Assembly: GCA_009859145.1 (NCBI GenBank)
Contig: VRVR01000030.1
Coordinates: forward strand, 255,069-305,231
Reading direction: 5' to 3'
Source of the DNA: Andalucia godoyi And28
Taxonomy: Eukaryota; Protista; Jakobida
DNA: 50,163 bases
The notes under the pieces are model-generated. The model was not told the origin of the DNA, searched no databases, and saw only the letters and a program-made list of their open reading frames with translations. Shown piece after piece: positions 9,800 to 20,524 of this stretch. The first letter of the stretch is position 1. Each line of letters opens with the position of its first letter. The position numbers and the translations under genes are program-made.

Positions 9800-11188
9800 C
9801 TAGATAATGGGGAATGTGGGATCAATTGCGTGTTTCCAGGCCGTTAGTCCTCCCTCAACATTCTTGACGTTGACAAGTCCTCGATCCAGCATCAGTTTGA
9901 TTGCTCTCCGAGAATCATTTCCACGGCGGCATACCACAAAAAGAGTACAGCTCCCTGATGACTCCAAAGCTTGCAGAACATTCCAAGACGGGTCATTTGC
10001 ATCTAGCAAATTCGAATACGGCACGTTCAGCGCACCCCGGAGAGTGCAAGCGGCATATTGATGTGGTTCGCGTACATCGATCAAGAATACTCGTTTCAAC
10101 GGAGGCGATGGGTTCGCCTGCAGCACAGTGTTCAACGTAGCACAATCAATCGTCTGGTGAGATTCCATGTCTGGAACCATTTCCGATGGAAGAAGCGCAT
10201 CCCCCCCGCACACATCCGACAGCTGTCTGTCAATGTAGGGAGTGGACAGCTTGCCAGCCATCGGTCTTCCGGCACCGCAAGAATGACAAGCCGGATTCCT
10301 CTTCCGAATCATGAAGGACCGAAAGGCAAAATCCAGCGCAGAAAAATAAAGCATGGACCCGGAAGCGACCTTCATATCCACGTCTTTCAGCAGAGCACGC
10401 AAATTCTGAGCAGCCCTGCATTGCTCACCTTCCACAACAGACTCTCCACAGTAACATCCCTTACCCGCATCCTCATGCCTATCCGTGTTTTCCACATGCG
10501 CACTGTCCATCTCAGAGAACGACGACTTGCGAAGATTGACGAGGACGGCCATGGTTTGCAGTGCTTGAAAGCAGCCCATGATTCCGGGGAGGATACCAAG
10601 GACTCCCTGGTCGTCACAGGACCTGACTCGGGCCGCTGGCGGCTCTGGATGAACACACCGATAGCAGGGTCCGTCGCGAAAATGGAAAACACTCAGCTGT
10701 CCCTCCGTCCCGATTGCCGCTGCCGAAACTAAAGGCTTGTGGAGCATACAGCACGCATCATTTGCAAGATATCTCGTCTCAGGATTATCGCAGCAATCGA
10801 CCACAACGTCGTACTTCTCCACGATTTCCAAGATGTTTTCTTCTGAGGCTCCGTCCGCGTACGTCTCGACATTGCACAAATGGTTGATTCTGCGGATGGC
10901 GATGCTTGCCGAGTCAACCTTCTTCATCCCGCATGTTTCTTCCGAATGGATAATCTGTCTTTGGAGATTTGTTTCATCCACAACATCATGATCGCATATC
11001 CCAATTCTACCAATTCCAGCCGCAGCGAGATAGAGAAGCACCGGAGATCCAAGGCCCCCAGCTCCGATCACAAGCACTGACGACGACAGCAAAACCTCTT
11101 GGAATGCAACTCCTCCAATCGACCCAACACTACAATGGCGCGCATACCGCAATAACAAAGGGACCGGAATATCGTGTCTTTTCTCCAT
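9800..11188 (-). CDS. MOCS3: Adenylyltransferase/sulfurtransferase MOCS3/Uba4 (ThiF + rhodanese)
   Basis: VIGAGGLGSP, DVVDETNLQRQ, PCYRC, C-terminal rhodanese VVCRRGNDS and GGLTAWKHAIDPTFP. Confidence 0.95.
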   Translation of the reverse strand: MEKRHDIPVPLLLRYARHCSVGSIGGVAFQEVLLSSSVLVIGAGGLGSPVLLYLAAAGIGRIGICDHDVVDETNLQRQIIHSEETCGMKKVDSASIAIRRINHLCNVETYADGASEENILEIVEKYDVVVDCCDNPETRYLANDACCMLHKPLVSAAAIGTEGQLSVFHFRDGPCYRCVHPEPPAARVRSCDDQGVLGILPGIMGCFQALQTMAVLVNLRKSSFSEMDSAHVENTDRHEDAGKGCYCGESVVEGEQCRAAQNLRALLKDVDMKVASGSMLYFSALDFAFRSFMIRKRNPACHSCGAGRPMAGKLSTPYIDRQLSDVCGGDALLPSEMVPDMESHQTIDCATLNTVLQANPSPPLKRVFLIDVREPHQYAACTLRGALNVPYSNLLDANDPSWNVLQALESSGSCTLFVVCRRGNDSRRAIKLMLDRGLVNVKNVEGGLTAWKHAIDPTFPII

Positions 11189-11532
11189 TATGAGATTTAA
11201 ACCAAAACGACTCCAAAACAAAACCTGGCACTCACAACAAAAAATAATAATAACATAATAATAATTAAAAATAAAGAATGAAAATCGAAAGAGAAAAAGA
11301 CAGGTTTCGCGATTCGCACAGCTTCGCGAAGCAAAAGAGTTTCCCCCCGATTGAGGTCTCGTGACAGGTCATTAAATTCCCGCAAGTGGTGTGCTTGTCC
11401 GACTTCCCGACAATGACGTTCCTCGAATGAAACAACACGAATCTAATAGACGCGAAGGAGAGAAAGAAAGAAAGACAGACAGAAAGAAAGTGATCTGAGA
11501 GAAGAGCTTTTTGCATATCATTCGAGACAAAG

Positions 11533-12165
11533 ATGCCTAAGCGGAGTCGTTCTGAAGAGCTGCATGTGTTGTTTGCGCACGGAGCAGGGGCGCCTTCGAC
11601 GTCTCCATGGATGGTCCAGTGGTCCAAGCTTCTGGAGACTCATTTGGGCGCGACAGTCCATCGATTTGACTATGGATCCGCTCGATTCCCTCCGCAAACG
11701 CTGGCACGGCATACATTTGAGCTCAAAACACTGCTGTCCTCGATTCCTGAGGATGCAAAGGTAATCATGGCAGGAAAGTCCATGGGTGCCCGCATCTCTT
11801 GCATCGTGGCTGCGCAGCTTGACGACGCGGATCGCGGGCGGATCGCGGGGGTAGTCTGTCTTGGGTTTCCTCTGCTGGATCAAAAGGGAGATGCCAAAGC
11901 AAGAAGAGAGGTCTTGGAAAAATTCCCGACTTCCATTCCGCTGGTCCTTGTGCAAGGCACTCGCGACAAGCTCACTCCTCTGGATCAACTCGAAGCCATC
12001 TCAATCAAGGCTCCCTGTGCTCTTCTGAAAGTCGAGACAGGCGACCACTCACTCGAGATGCTCAAAGGCGAGCTCAGACGAATCGGAAAAGACCAGAAAA
12101 CATTCGATGACGGTTTGGCCGCCCGCATCGCAGACGCACTGCAGTCCTTGCAGAATCCACCGTAA
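11533..12165 (+). CDS. Alpha/beta hydrolase (KANL3/Tex30-like, small bacterial-type)
   Basis: FAHGAGAP, GKSMG nucleophile elbow, QGTRD and GDHSL complete a Ser-Asp-His triad. Confidence 0.88.
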   Translation: MPKRSRSEELHVLFAHGAGAPSTSPWMVQWSKLLETHLGATVHRFDYGSARFPPQTLARHTFELKTLLSSIPEDAKVIMAGKSMGARISCIVAAQLDDADRGRIAGVVCLGFPLLDQKGDAKARREVLEKFPTSIPLVLVQGTRDKLTPLDQLEAISIKAPCALLKVETGDHSLEMLKGELRRIGKDQKTFDDGLAARIADALQSLQNPP

Positions 12166-12393
12166 AAAAGAAGAAAGGCCTCTTTTCATTTTTTAAAATT
12201 ACAGCATGCTTTTTTACAGTCAGCAAAGTCCGAGATTGGAGTCGCATTCAGTCCTTCATTTCCCACGTTCCATTTCTTCCTTCTTCTTTTTCTTTGCATG
12301 CGTGTGTGTTTTCTTTTTCATTTATGCTGTAGGGTACGCCTAGGCTGTTTTTGCTGTGTTTGTTTTCTTGAAGATCGGGGTTGCTGGAGGCAG

Positions 12394-14289
12394 ATGCTGC
12401 GGTCGCAGAGGCAGAAGCGCGCAGTAGAGAAGCTCGAGCGCAACCTGTTTCCGATTTCTTTTCTGTTCTTCTTCGTGTCGGTCGCCTTGATCATTGTGTT
12501 CACACTTCCCCGAGTTGTCACGCTGTTTGGTGTACCGATCGAGAATCCTGCATTGCAGAAGCCGCGGGAAGATGAGGAATCGATGATATCGCAGGGCGGG
12601 GTATCTGCGTTCCCTGCTTCGTCGTTCACGTCCATCTACCCCATATTTGCAAAGTCGAAATCCGGCTCTGTTCTATCCACATTTGAGATTTTCCGGAAGC
12701 TTCTGCCGTACACTTCGCTCTCCACAGGCACATCATCGTTTCTGTCAGTGTACAAGCCTCCAATGTCGCAGCAAACATCTTCCATCATCATTGCTGTGGA
12801 TTTTGAAGATGTGCAAATGTTCCCCTTTCTTGCGTCGTTTGCACATTCCTTGCTCAAGAGGGCGCAAGCAAAGTACATATCATCGGACGTTGTTTTCATG
12901 GTCGTTGAAGACTACCTGGAATTGGCCCACGAGCTTGTGCATCCTACGCAGCGGTTTGCGGGATTGTTTCCAACCGTGATTCGAGGTGTGATTCATCTCG
13001 CGAGCGCACACCGACTGCTGCGCGTGGATTCAGGGAACCGCATCGCGAATTCCACTGTGCTCATCAATACAGACTCTTATTTTGGGTATAGCTCACAGCT
13101 GGATCTTGTGCTAATGGCATCGTCCCGCCTTTCTGCCGCTCGTTTATCCTATGTCGTGCAGCACGGAGACATCGTTTCCCATCTGTGGAAGACGCTGTCG
13201 AGGATTCCGGTGGTTGTGGATCGCAGAGATCCCATGGTTTTGAGACTGCAAAACATTCAAGTGGTCTCCGAAACATTCCACACCTATGGAAATTCAGTTT
13301 CTACGCTGGCAGATATTGGAAAGAGCCTTGAACTGCAAATTCGGTCCCTGTCGAATCTAGACGAGCAGCTGCATCACTCGTACACTCATTATGTTTTTGA
13401 CTCCCAAACACTGTACTGTTTGTCACTTGCTGCTTTCCCCGTCGTGGGTCTGTTTGCTGCTAGTGCCTGCTGCCTCGCGGCCTTTGTCATGCATACGCGA
13501 ACGAAGGAGTCCATGATGATGGCGTCCATTCGCCAGGCCGCTCATTCTTCCAACACGAGACCCTCAGTCTCGGATGCGTTTACGCTGGACGCCGAAGTGC
13601 AGATTTTGAGATGGAGAATGTACGGACAGGCGATGAAGCGAATGGGATGGATCTGCGCCTTTGCATGTACGTTTGCTTTGGTACCGGATATGGACCTATT
13701 GTTTGCAGTTCCGTTTTATCTCTTGTTGCAAGGTGCTTTTTATCGAGGCTCTCGCTCCTTTGGGGTGCATGCCCATTCGTCTGTCAATGCACTGTTGACG
13801 GTGTATTACGTGCTGTCGACTTTTTTCGCAATGCTCTTTTTGTTTGAGCATGTGGGACTGAGCTTCTTCTGTGCAATCGGACAGGCTGCAATGTTCCCGT
13901 TCCTCGAGTCCACCGCAAAGTTCATCACCAGAAGCCGGCAGTTTAGAATTGTTCAATCGTCTGCAGAAGTGCTCTCCAAGAAGACAGACGGTGATCCCAC
14001 GCCTTCTTCCACTGGTCTGCAGATTGTTGAAGATGCATCGAGCAGAAGGTCCTCCCTGTTGTCACTGATGGCGTACGCTATGTCTCTCGTCTTCTTCGCT
14101 GTTACTCTGTTTTTGGTGATTATCCCATTGAATGTGTGGGTTCCGTTTCTTTTCCCGGGTGCTGCCATTCATCCAGCAGCTCCCGTTGTTCTGCTCGTCC
14201 GCAGCTGGTCCGTTCTTCTCCATTTTATCTTCTCCATGTTTATGTTCTGCCTGTCTGCTCCAACATCGTCTCCCACCCTCTCCTTCTGA
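12394..14289 (+). CDS. GPAA1: GPI transamidase subunit Gaa1/GPAA1; start placed at MLRSQRQK
   Basis: N-terminal TM helix, luminal domain, RSLSNLDEQLHHSYTHYVF (cf. RSLNNLLExxHQSFFFY), multi-TM C-terminus. Confidence 0.8.
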   Translation: MLRSQRQKRAVEKLERNLFPISFLFFFVSVALIIVFTLPRVVTLFGVPIENPALQKPREDEESMISQGGVSAFPASSFTSIYPIFAKSKSGSVLSTFEIFRKLLPYTSLSTGTSSFLSVYKPPMSQQTSSIIIAVDFEDVQMFPFLASFAHSLLKRAQAKYISSDVVFMVVEDYLELAHELVHPTQRFAGLFPTVIRGVIHLASAHRLLRVDSGNRIANSTVLINTDSYFGYSSQLDLVLMASSRLSAARLSYVVQHGDIVSHLWKTLSRIPVVVDRRDPMVLRLQNIQVVSETFHTYGNSVSTLADIGKSLELQIRSLSNLDEQLHHSYTHYVFDSQTLYCLSLAAFPVVGLFAASACCLAAFVMHTRTKESMMMASIRQAAHSSNTRPSVSDAFTLDAEVQILRWRMYGQAMKRMGWICAFACTFALVPDMDLLFAVPFYLLLQGAFYRGSRSFGVHAHSSVNALLTVYYVLSTFFAMLFLFEHVGLSFFCAIGQAAMFPFLESTAKFITRSRQFRIVQSSAEVLSKKTDGDPTPSSTGLQIVEDASSRRSSLLSLMAYAMSLVFFAVTLFLVIIPLNVWVPFLFPGAAIHPAAPVVLLVRSWSVLLHFIFSMFMFCLSAPTSSPTLSF

Positions 14290-14701
14290 TGCTGCGCATT
14301 CTTTGTTCGGCTGCAGTCACCTCTCACGCTACTGCAAGTCTGCGTCTAGGTGGGTTAAAGAAATCCCAAAAAAGGCTCCGGATACCAGCTGTACGAGTAT
14401 GCGTGTCATTCTGACACCGCCCATTTCCCCCGATTATGTCAGTGCATAGTTGTAATTCCCCCCGCATAGAACAGTCCTGGCTGGTTTCGGGTTTCGTTTT
14501 GCGTGTTATTCATTTTATGTATTTATTTTATTCATACATATATACATACGTATATTTATATATATACATATATTTGTTTCTCTTCGTTTCTCTTCGTTTC
14601 TTCATTTTTTAATTTATTTTTTAAATTATTTTTTTCTTCTGTCATTTTTTGGTGTTTGATCCTTTAGTAGAACCCTTGGCGACTGTTCAGCTCTTTGGAA
14701 A

Positions 14702-15937
14702 ATGTCGTTTGATGGAAAAGGAACCGTGATTATCGATGTTGGAACAGGATACACAAAGATGGGGTATGCAGGGAATGTGACTCCATCCTATGTGATCCCG
14801 ACGGCAATTGGTCTTCCGGACGCAAAGTCCAATGTGTCTGCGATCAAAGGTGTGGATGACCTCGACTTCCACATTGGGCAGGCTGCGATCGACAATGCCA
14901 ACTTTTACAAGCTTTCGTACCCCGTTCGCCACGGCCAAGTTGAGAACTGGGATGCGATGGAGCGCTTCTGGGAGCAGTGTTTCTTCAAGTATCTTCGGTG
15001 CGACCCCTCCGACCATGCCGTTGTCCTGACCGAGCCGCCACTGAACGCACCGGAAAACAGAGAGTACACAGCCGAGGTGATGTTTGAGACGTTTGGTGTG
15101 AAGTCCATGTACATTGCAGTGCAGGCAGTGTTGGCGCTCACAGCCAGTTGGACGTCGAAAAAGGCGGCGTCCGCAAACACTGTGGGGTTGTTGTCTGGCA
15201 CGGTTGTGGACTCCGGAGACGGCGTGACGCATGTGATCCCTGTCGTGGAAGGCTATGTCATTGGATCTGCGATTCGTCATATTCCGCTTGCCGGACGAGA
15301 CATCACCGAGTTCATCATGCGCTTCATCAAGGAGCGAGAGCCGTTACTGCCTGCAGAGGACGCCTTGCAAGTTGCGATGCGAATCAAGGAAAAATATGGA
15401 TACGTGTGCCAGTCGCTTCCCAAGGAGTTTGCCAAGTTCGACAAGGATCCGTCCAAGTACATCAAGATTTATGAGGGTCTTGACCGGCGAACCAAGCAGC
15501 CGTGGAAAATCGATGTGGCTTACGAACAATTCTTGGGTCCGGAGGTGTTTTTCAACCCGGAGATTTTCTCTTCCGACTTCACCACTCCACTGCCGCAGGT
15601 AGTCGATCAGGTTGTGCAGGCCTGTCCCATCGATACCAGACGTGATTTGTATCGCAACATTGTGCTTTCTGGCGGCTCTACGATGTTCCGCCATTTCGCC
15701 AAGAGGCTGCAAGAAGATGTCAAGGGTATTGTTGACAATAGATATGCTTCTGCGGCAACGCAAGTCGATGTCAATGTCATCTCGCACGATTTCCAACGGT
15801 ACGCTGTGTTTGTCGGTGCATCTGTCATGGCTGCCACCGCTGGCTTTGAACAAGTGCTCATCACCAAGCAAATGTACGATGAATACGGCCCATCGATCGC
15901 CCGACATTCAAAGCTGTTTTCCGCTTCCACACTGTAA
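14702..15937 (+). CDS. ARP3: Actin-related protein 3 (Arp2/3 complex)
   Basis: IDVGTGYTKMGYAGN, DDLDFHIG, LTEPPLNAPENREYTAEVMFETF, LYRNIVLSGGSTMF, QRYAVF. Confidence 0.96.
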   Translation: MSFDGKGTVIIDVGTGYTKMGYAGNVTPSYVIPTAIGLPDAKSNVSAIKGVDDLDFHIGQAAIDNANFYKLSYPVRHGQVENWDAMERFWEQCFFKYLRCDPSDHAVVLTEPPLNAPENREYTAEVMFETFGVKSMYIAVQAVLALTASWTSKKAASANTVGLLSGTVVDSGDGVTHVIPVVEGYVIGSAIRHIPLAGRDITEFIMRFIKEREPLLPAEDALQVAMRIKEKYGYVCQSLPKEFAKFDKDPSKYIKIYEGLDRRTKQPWKIDVAYEQFLGPEVFFNPEIFSSDFTTPLPQVVDQVVQACPIDTRRDLYRNIVLSGGSTMFRHFAKRLQEDVKGIVDNRYASAATQVDVNVISHDFQRYAVFVGASVMAATAGFEQVLITKQMYDEYGPSIARHSKLFSASTL

Positions 15938-16326
15938 GCTCAATGTTTCGCAAACGGGTGGTCTGTCGGTTCTGTCTGTTGGTCTGTGGGTTGTCATGTC
16001 ATGTCTGTCTCTTTTTTTTTCTTTTCTTTTTTTTGGTTCTGTTTGTTTTTGAAATTCAACAATGCTCTTGTCTGTGTCGGTATGTGTTTCCAAGGGCTTT
16101 GTCCAATCACGTCATCTTATAAAATGTCAAATATCTGCTTTTATGTCGTCGGTTGTTTGCTTGGCTCGTATCTTCCTGTTTTTGTCATTTTTATTATTAT
16201 TGAAATTAATTAAAAAATATTTATTCTTCTTCCTTCACATTCATCATCAATCCAACGAACGAAAACTCTTCTGCATGCACATCCCTTGTGAACGTGCAAA
16301 CTTCACGCTCACAAGTGCGAGCGGAG

Positions 16327-17358
<1,032 letters not shown>

Positions 17359-17416
17359 TCAGTTACTGAGCGACGCACTCCTTGAAAACAATAAAACAAA
17401 AACAAAAAAGAAAGAA

Positions 17417-17449
<33 letters not shown>

Positions 17450-17740
17450 AGTATGAAAAGAAGAAACAGAAAACGAAAGAGAATTTGGTTCATGCATCGT
17501 TTTGATAAGTGCAAAGCTACTTTCAGTGATGGCTTGACCCTCAGGGCTTCAAGTATGAAAAAAGGTCCGACATCGGGTTGTTCGAGTGACAACTTGATTT
17601 GTCTGCCGGGGCGTCGAGCTCCCCTGACAGTGACAGTGACAGTGACAGTGACGGATGACAGGTGACAGGGCTGAAAAACTGTACGGCAGGAAAGAGGCCT
17701 TTGCGTTTTTATTGTTGTGTATGAGCGCCTGGGGAGGTTC

Positions 17741-17743
<3 letters not shown>

Positions 17744-17808
<65 letters not shown>
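17744..17808. repeat. (AG)n microsatellite; further (GA)n at about 17425-17448 and (CAGTGA)n at about 17626-17650
   Basis: Directly visible. Confidence 0.9.
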
Positions 17809-17812
<4 letters not shown>

Positions 17813-17839
17813 AGATGAAAACAAGAACTAAACGACTCT

Positions 17840-19843
17840 TTACTCTGTGGCTGGGTTATACGCCTCCAAGAAAGACCTGGCGGCATCTCCGCGGCGTGCA
17901 ATTTCGCCTTTCCACGAGTCCACCCGCGAAGCGACTTGGTCCAGGAGTTTCTTTGCGTTCTTGCACTTTTCGATGCGCGCTTCTCGGCTGAGATCGACTC
18001 CGGGAGACCCGAAACTGTGCGCCAGAGTGGTGTTGATCGTTTCGCGGAACGCAATCCAGATCTGCCGAGCGGTATCCACTGCAGACAATGCATAATCTTC
18101 AAACTTTGCAGCGGCCGGGCTGGCCAAGATCGATGTTGCAATTCCAAGCAGTTGAATTCCCAGATCGAGCGTGAGATGCGACGGATCAATGTGCTTGAGA
18201 ACGTCCACGGCAATAGCAGCAGCCTCATCAGGGGATCCGCGCTGCGCCAGGACAAGTGCGTCCATTGCTCCTTTCACATCACCCCGTTGCCACTGCAGAT
18301 TCACTGCACGCACGTGTGTCAGTCTTGAGGTCAGAACGCCCACGAGGCGCTCGTGTGGAGATGCAATTTCAGAAAAGAGGCGGTTCGGATCCGCTGGCAA
18401 TGCTCCACTCATGTCTCCGCCATCAGATGCATGTGTGGAAGAAGAAGAAGAAGAGGATGAAGCAGAACGACTCGGTTGGGAATACTGCGGTTGCGCTGCG
18501 TACCCGTCGTTGACATTCAAGTTGGAGATTGCATATGCAGAGGAAAGATTCGACGCAGAAGTGTGAGACTGATACGACTGAGAAGGCTGTGAGTGAGATG
18601 GCTGGCGCTGCGACGGGTCGGTCTTTGGGACGTAAATCTCGACATTGGGCTGTGAATTTGATGGCCGGCGTAGCGGCTGGTCCTGTGCTGCTGCGCTTCT
18701 TCGATCGCGGTCCACCGCTGCATAGCTCGATGGCTGGGGAAACGATTGCGCGGAGCCCGCCGAAGAGACAGGGGCAGCCGGTGAAACAGAGGCCGCAGAG
18801 GCAGACGCGACACTCGCAGCGAAATTCTGTGCATAAGAGCTAGCGGAGAACGGGGCGAGCCTGTTTGTGTTGCATGCCCAAACAGAGACAAAAGATTGCG
18901 CCGTGGATACGGCAAGCGTTTGGAACTGACCCGTCGTTGCAGATTGACAGGTGTGCAAATCAACAATGGATCCCCACCGAGCATCTGCCCAGTCTGCGGA
19001 CTCAACCACGGGCTCCCAGCACCAGGTTCGCAGCGATTCTTGCGTAGCGGCCAAACAGCATGAGCCGTCTGGAGAAAATTCCGCAGCACGAATACGAGAA
19101 GGATGCGTCTCTGCGACTCCCAGTTGTGTGAGCGTTTCCAAGTCCCAAAATACCAACCTTCGATCAGCGCCTCCTGTCACCATGAGGAATTCTTGCGGGT
19201 GGAAATCGATGCACGTCACTGTGTTGGAATGACCACTTGCAAACTCCGCAAGACACTTTCCGGCAGCCAAATCCCAGACTCGCACTGCTCCGTCCTCTGC
19301 CCCAGAGACGATCCATCGTCCATCCGGAGTAAACCGAACTGCAGTAACCGGCGAAGTATGGCCTCGAAGTGTGCACAGGCAACTTGCGCTTGAGCTCGAT
19401 GCATTGGAAGAGCTCGAGCTCGAGCTCGAGTTCGATGCCGATTTCCGCCGTCCATCCCAAACCTTGACCTGCGTATCTCGCGAGCCGGACGCCAATACCT
19501 GAGAAACGAACGGATGCACCTCGCATGCTTCCACAGCCGATCGGTGCCCACTGAAAGAAGTGCCCTTTTGCGATGCGAGATCCCACAGCTTCAGCAGTCC
19601 ACCTTCTGTCCCAGCAAGGACGTTTTCTTCCGATTGGTCAAAACGCACGGATGTGACGGAAGACGCATGCTGTGCAAGAGAAAGAACCGCATCGGGTTTT
19701 CCGATCGTCCAAAGGGATACACGCTTGTCGGCTCCTCCAGTCACCAGAACCTGCGAAGACCGTCGGCCAATGTGTGCACAGTTCACTTGAGACAAGTGCG
19801 CGACGAATTCTTGGATTTTGGCAATTGGATTCGGTCCCTGCAT
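17840..19843 (-). CDS. KATNB1: Katanin p80 subunit (WD40 repeats + con80 domain)
   Basis: EFVAHLSQVNC, LVTGGADKRVSLW, WD repeats; C-terminal LTSRLTHVRAV..WQRGD and LTLDL. Confidence 0.93.
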   Translation of the reverse strand: MQGPNPIAKIQEFVAHLSQVNCAHIGRRSSQVLVTGGADKRVSLWTIGKPDAVLSLAQHASSVTSVRFDQSEENVLAGTEGGLLKLWDLASQKGTSFSGHRSAVEACEVHPFVSQVLASGSRDTQVKVWDGRRKSASNSSSSSSSSNASSSSASCLCTLRGHTSPVTAVRFTPDGRWIVSGAEDGAVRVWDLAAGKCLAEFASGHSNTVTCIDFHPQEFLMVTGGADRRLVFWDLETLTQLGVAETHPSRIRAAEFSPDGSCCLAATQESLRTWCWEPVVESADWADARWGSIVDLHTCQSATTGQFQTLAVSTAQSFVSVWACNTNRLAPFSASSYAQNFAASVASASAASVSPAAPVSSAGSAQSFPQPSSYAAVDRDRRSAAAQDQPLRRPSNSQPNVEIYVPKTDPSQRQPSHSQPSQSYQSHTSASNLSSAYAISNLNVNDGYAAQPQYSQPSRSASSSSSSSSTHASDGGDMSGALPADPNRLFSEIASPHERLVGVLTSRLTHVRAVNLQWQRGDVKGAMDALVLAQRGSPDEAAAIAVDVLKHIDPSHLTLDLGIQLLGIATSILASPAAAKFEDYALSAVDTARQIWIAFRETINTTLAHSFGSPGVDLSREARIEKCKNAKKLLDQVASRVDSWKGEIARRGDAARSFLEAYNPATE

Positions 19844-20103
19844 GACTGATGAACGTACCCGCGCCTTCTAGATCCTCCCAAGAGTTTTGCTCAGTGTAAC
19901 AAAAACCAAAAAAACACAACAACAACAATAAATACTATATCCAATATAAAGTAGACAAATGCATGTTTAATTGCAAAAACGACAGCATCGTTAAAAGCCA
20001 CTCTGGTATCAAGCATCAAGCCATAAAGAGAAAAAGAAGAACAGCCGGCTTTGACGACCAAAGCGTGTTTTTTTAGTGGAGTGTTATTTTTTCTTTATTT
20101 ACG

Positions 20104-20421
20104 AATGGTAAGAAACGACGGATGAGACATCGGGAGATGGCTTTGCAGGGTTAGCGGCGGATCCAATGCAGGACCGTGCGCACGGAGATGCTGTCTTTGG
20201 GGGCCGTTACGGGGCTTTTCCATCAGCGATTGCTGCACAACGCAGACGAGTTCATGGAATGCCAGGTCGAATACACTTCCAAGACAAGTGGACTGTGTGG
20301 TGGCTTGATTCACCGCGTCGCTTCGGTGGAAAACAGGATCTTCACATGTCTGCAGTGCGCTTGCTGGATGACACATCGATCATGATTATGGAACGGTGGT
20401 GCGAGCAACATTTATCTTAAA
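20104..20421 (+). mobile_element. Decayed Fanzor2/TnpB-like RNA-guided nuclease remnant (C-terminal RuvC/zinc-ribbon part), with a stop and frameshifts
   Basis: Hand translation: EMALQG*RRIQCRTVRTEMLSL..FHQRLLHNADEF..VEYTSKTSGLCG..RIFTCLQC..[shift]IDHDY[shift]NGGASNIYLK; order and spacing follow the TnpB motif ExYTSKTCxxCG..FxCxxC..DRDxNxAxNI. Confidence 0.7.
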
Positions 20422-20524
20422 CAACACCCGAAGTGCAATGTTGAGGCCTACCCCTCCGGTTTTCCTGGTCCTGCAATACGGTCCGGGTTTGCATCATTGA
20501 TTCATGATGCATCGTCAGCGATGG

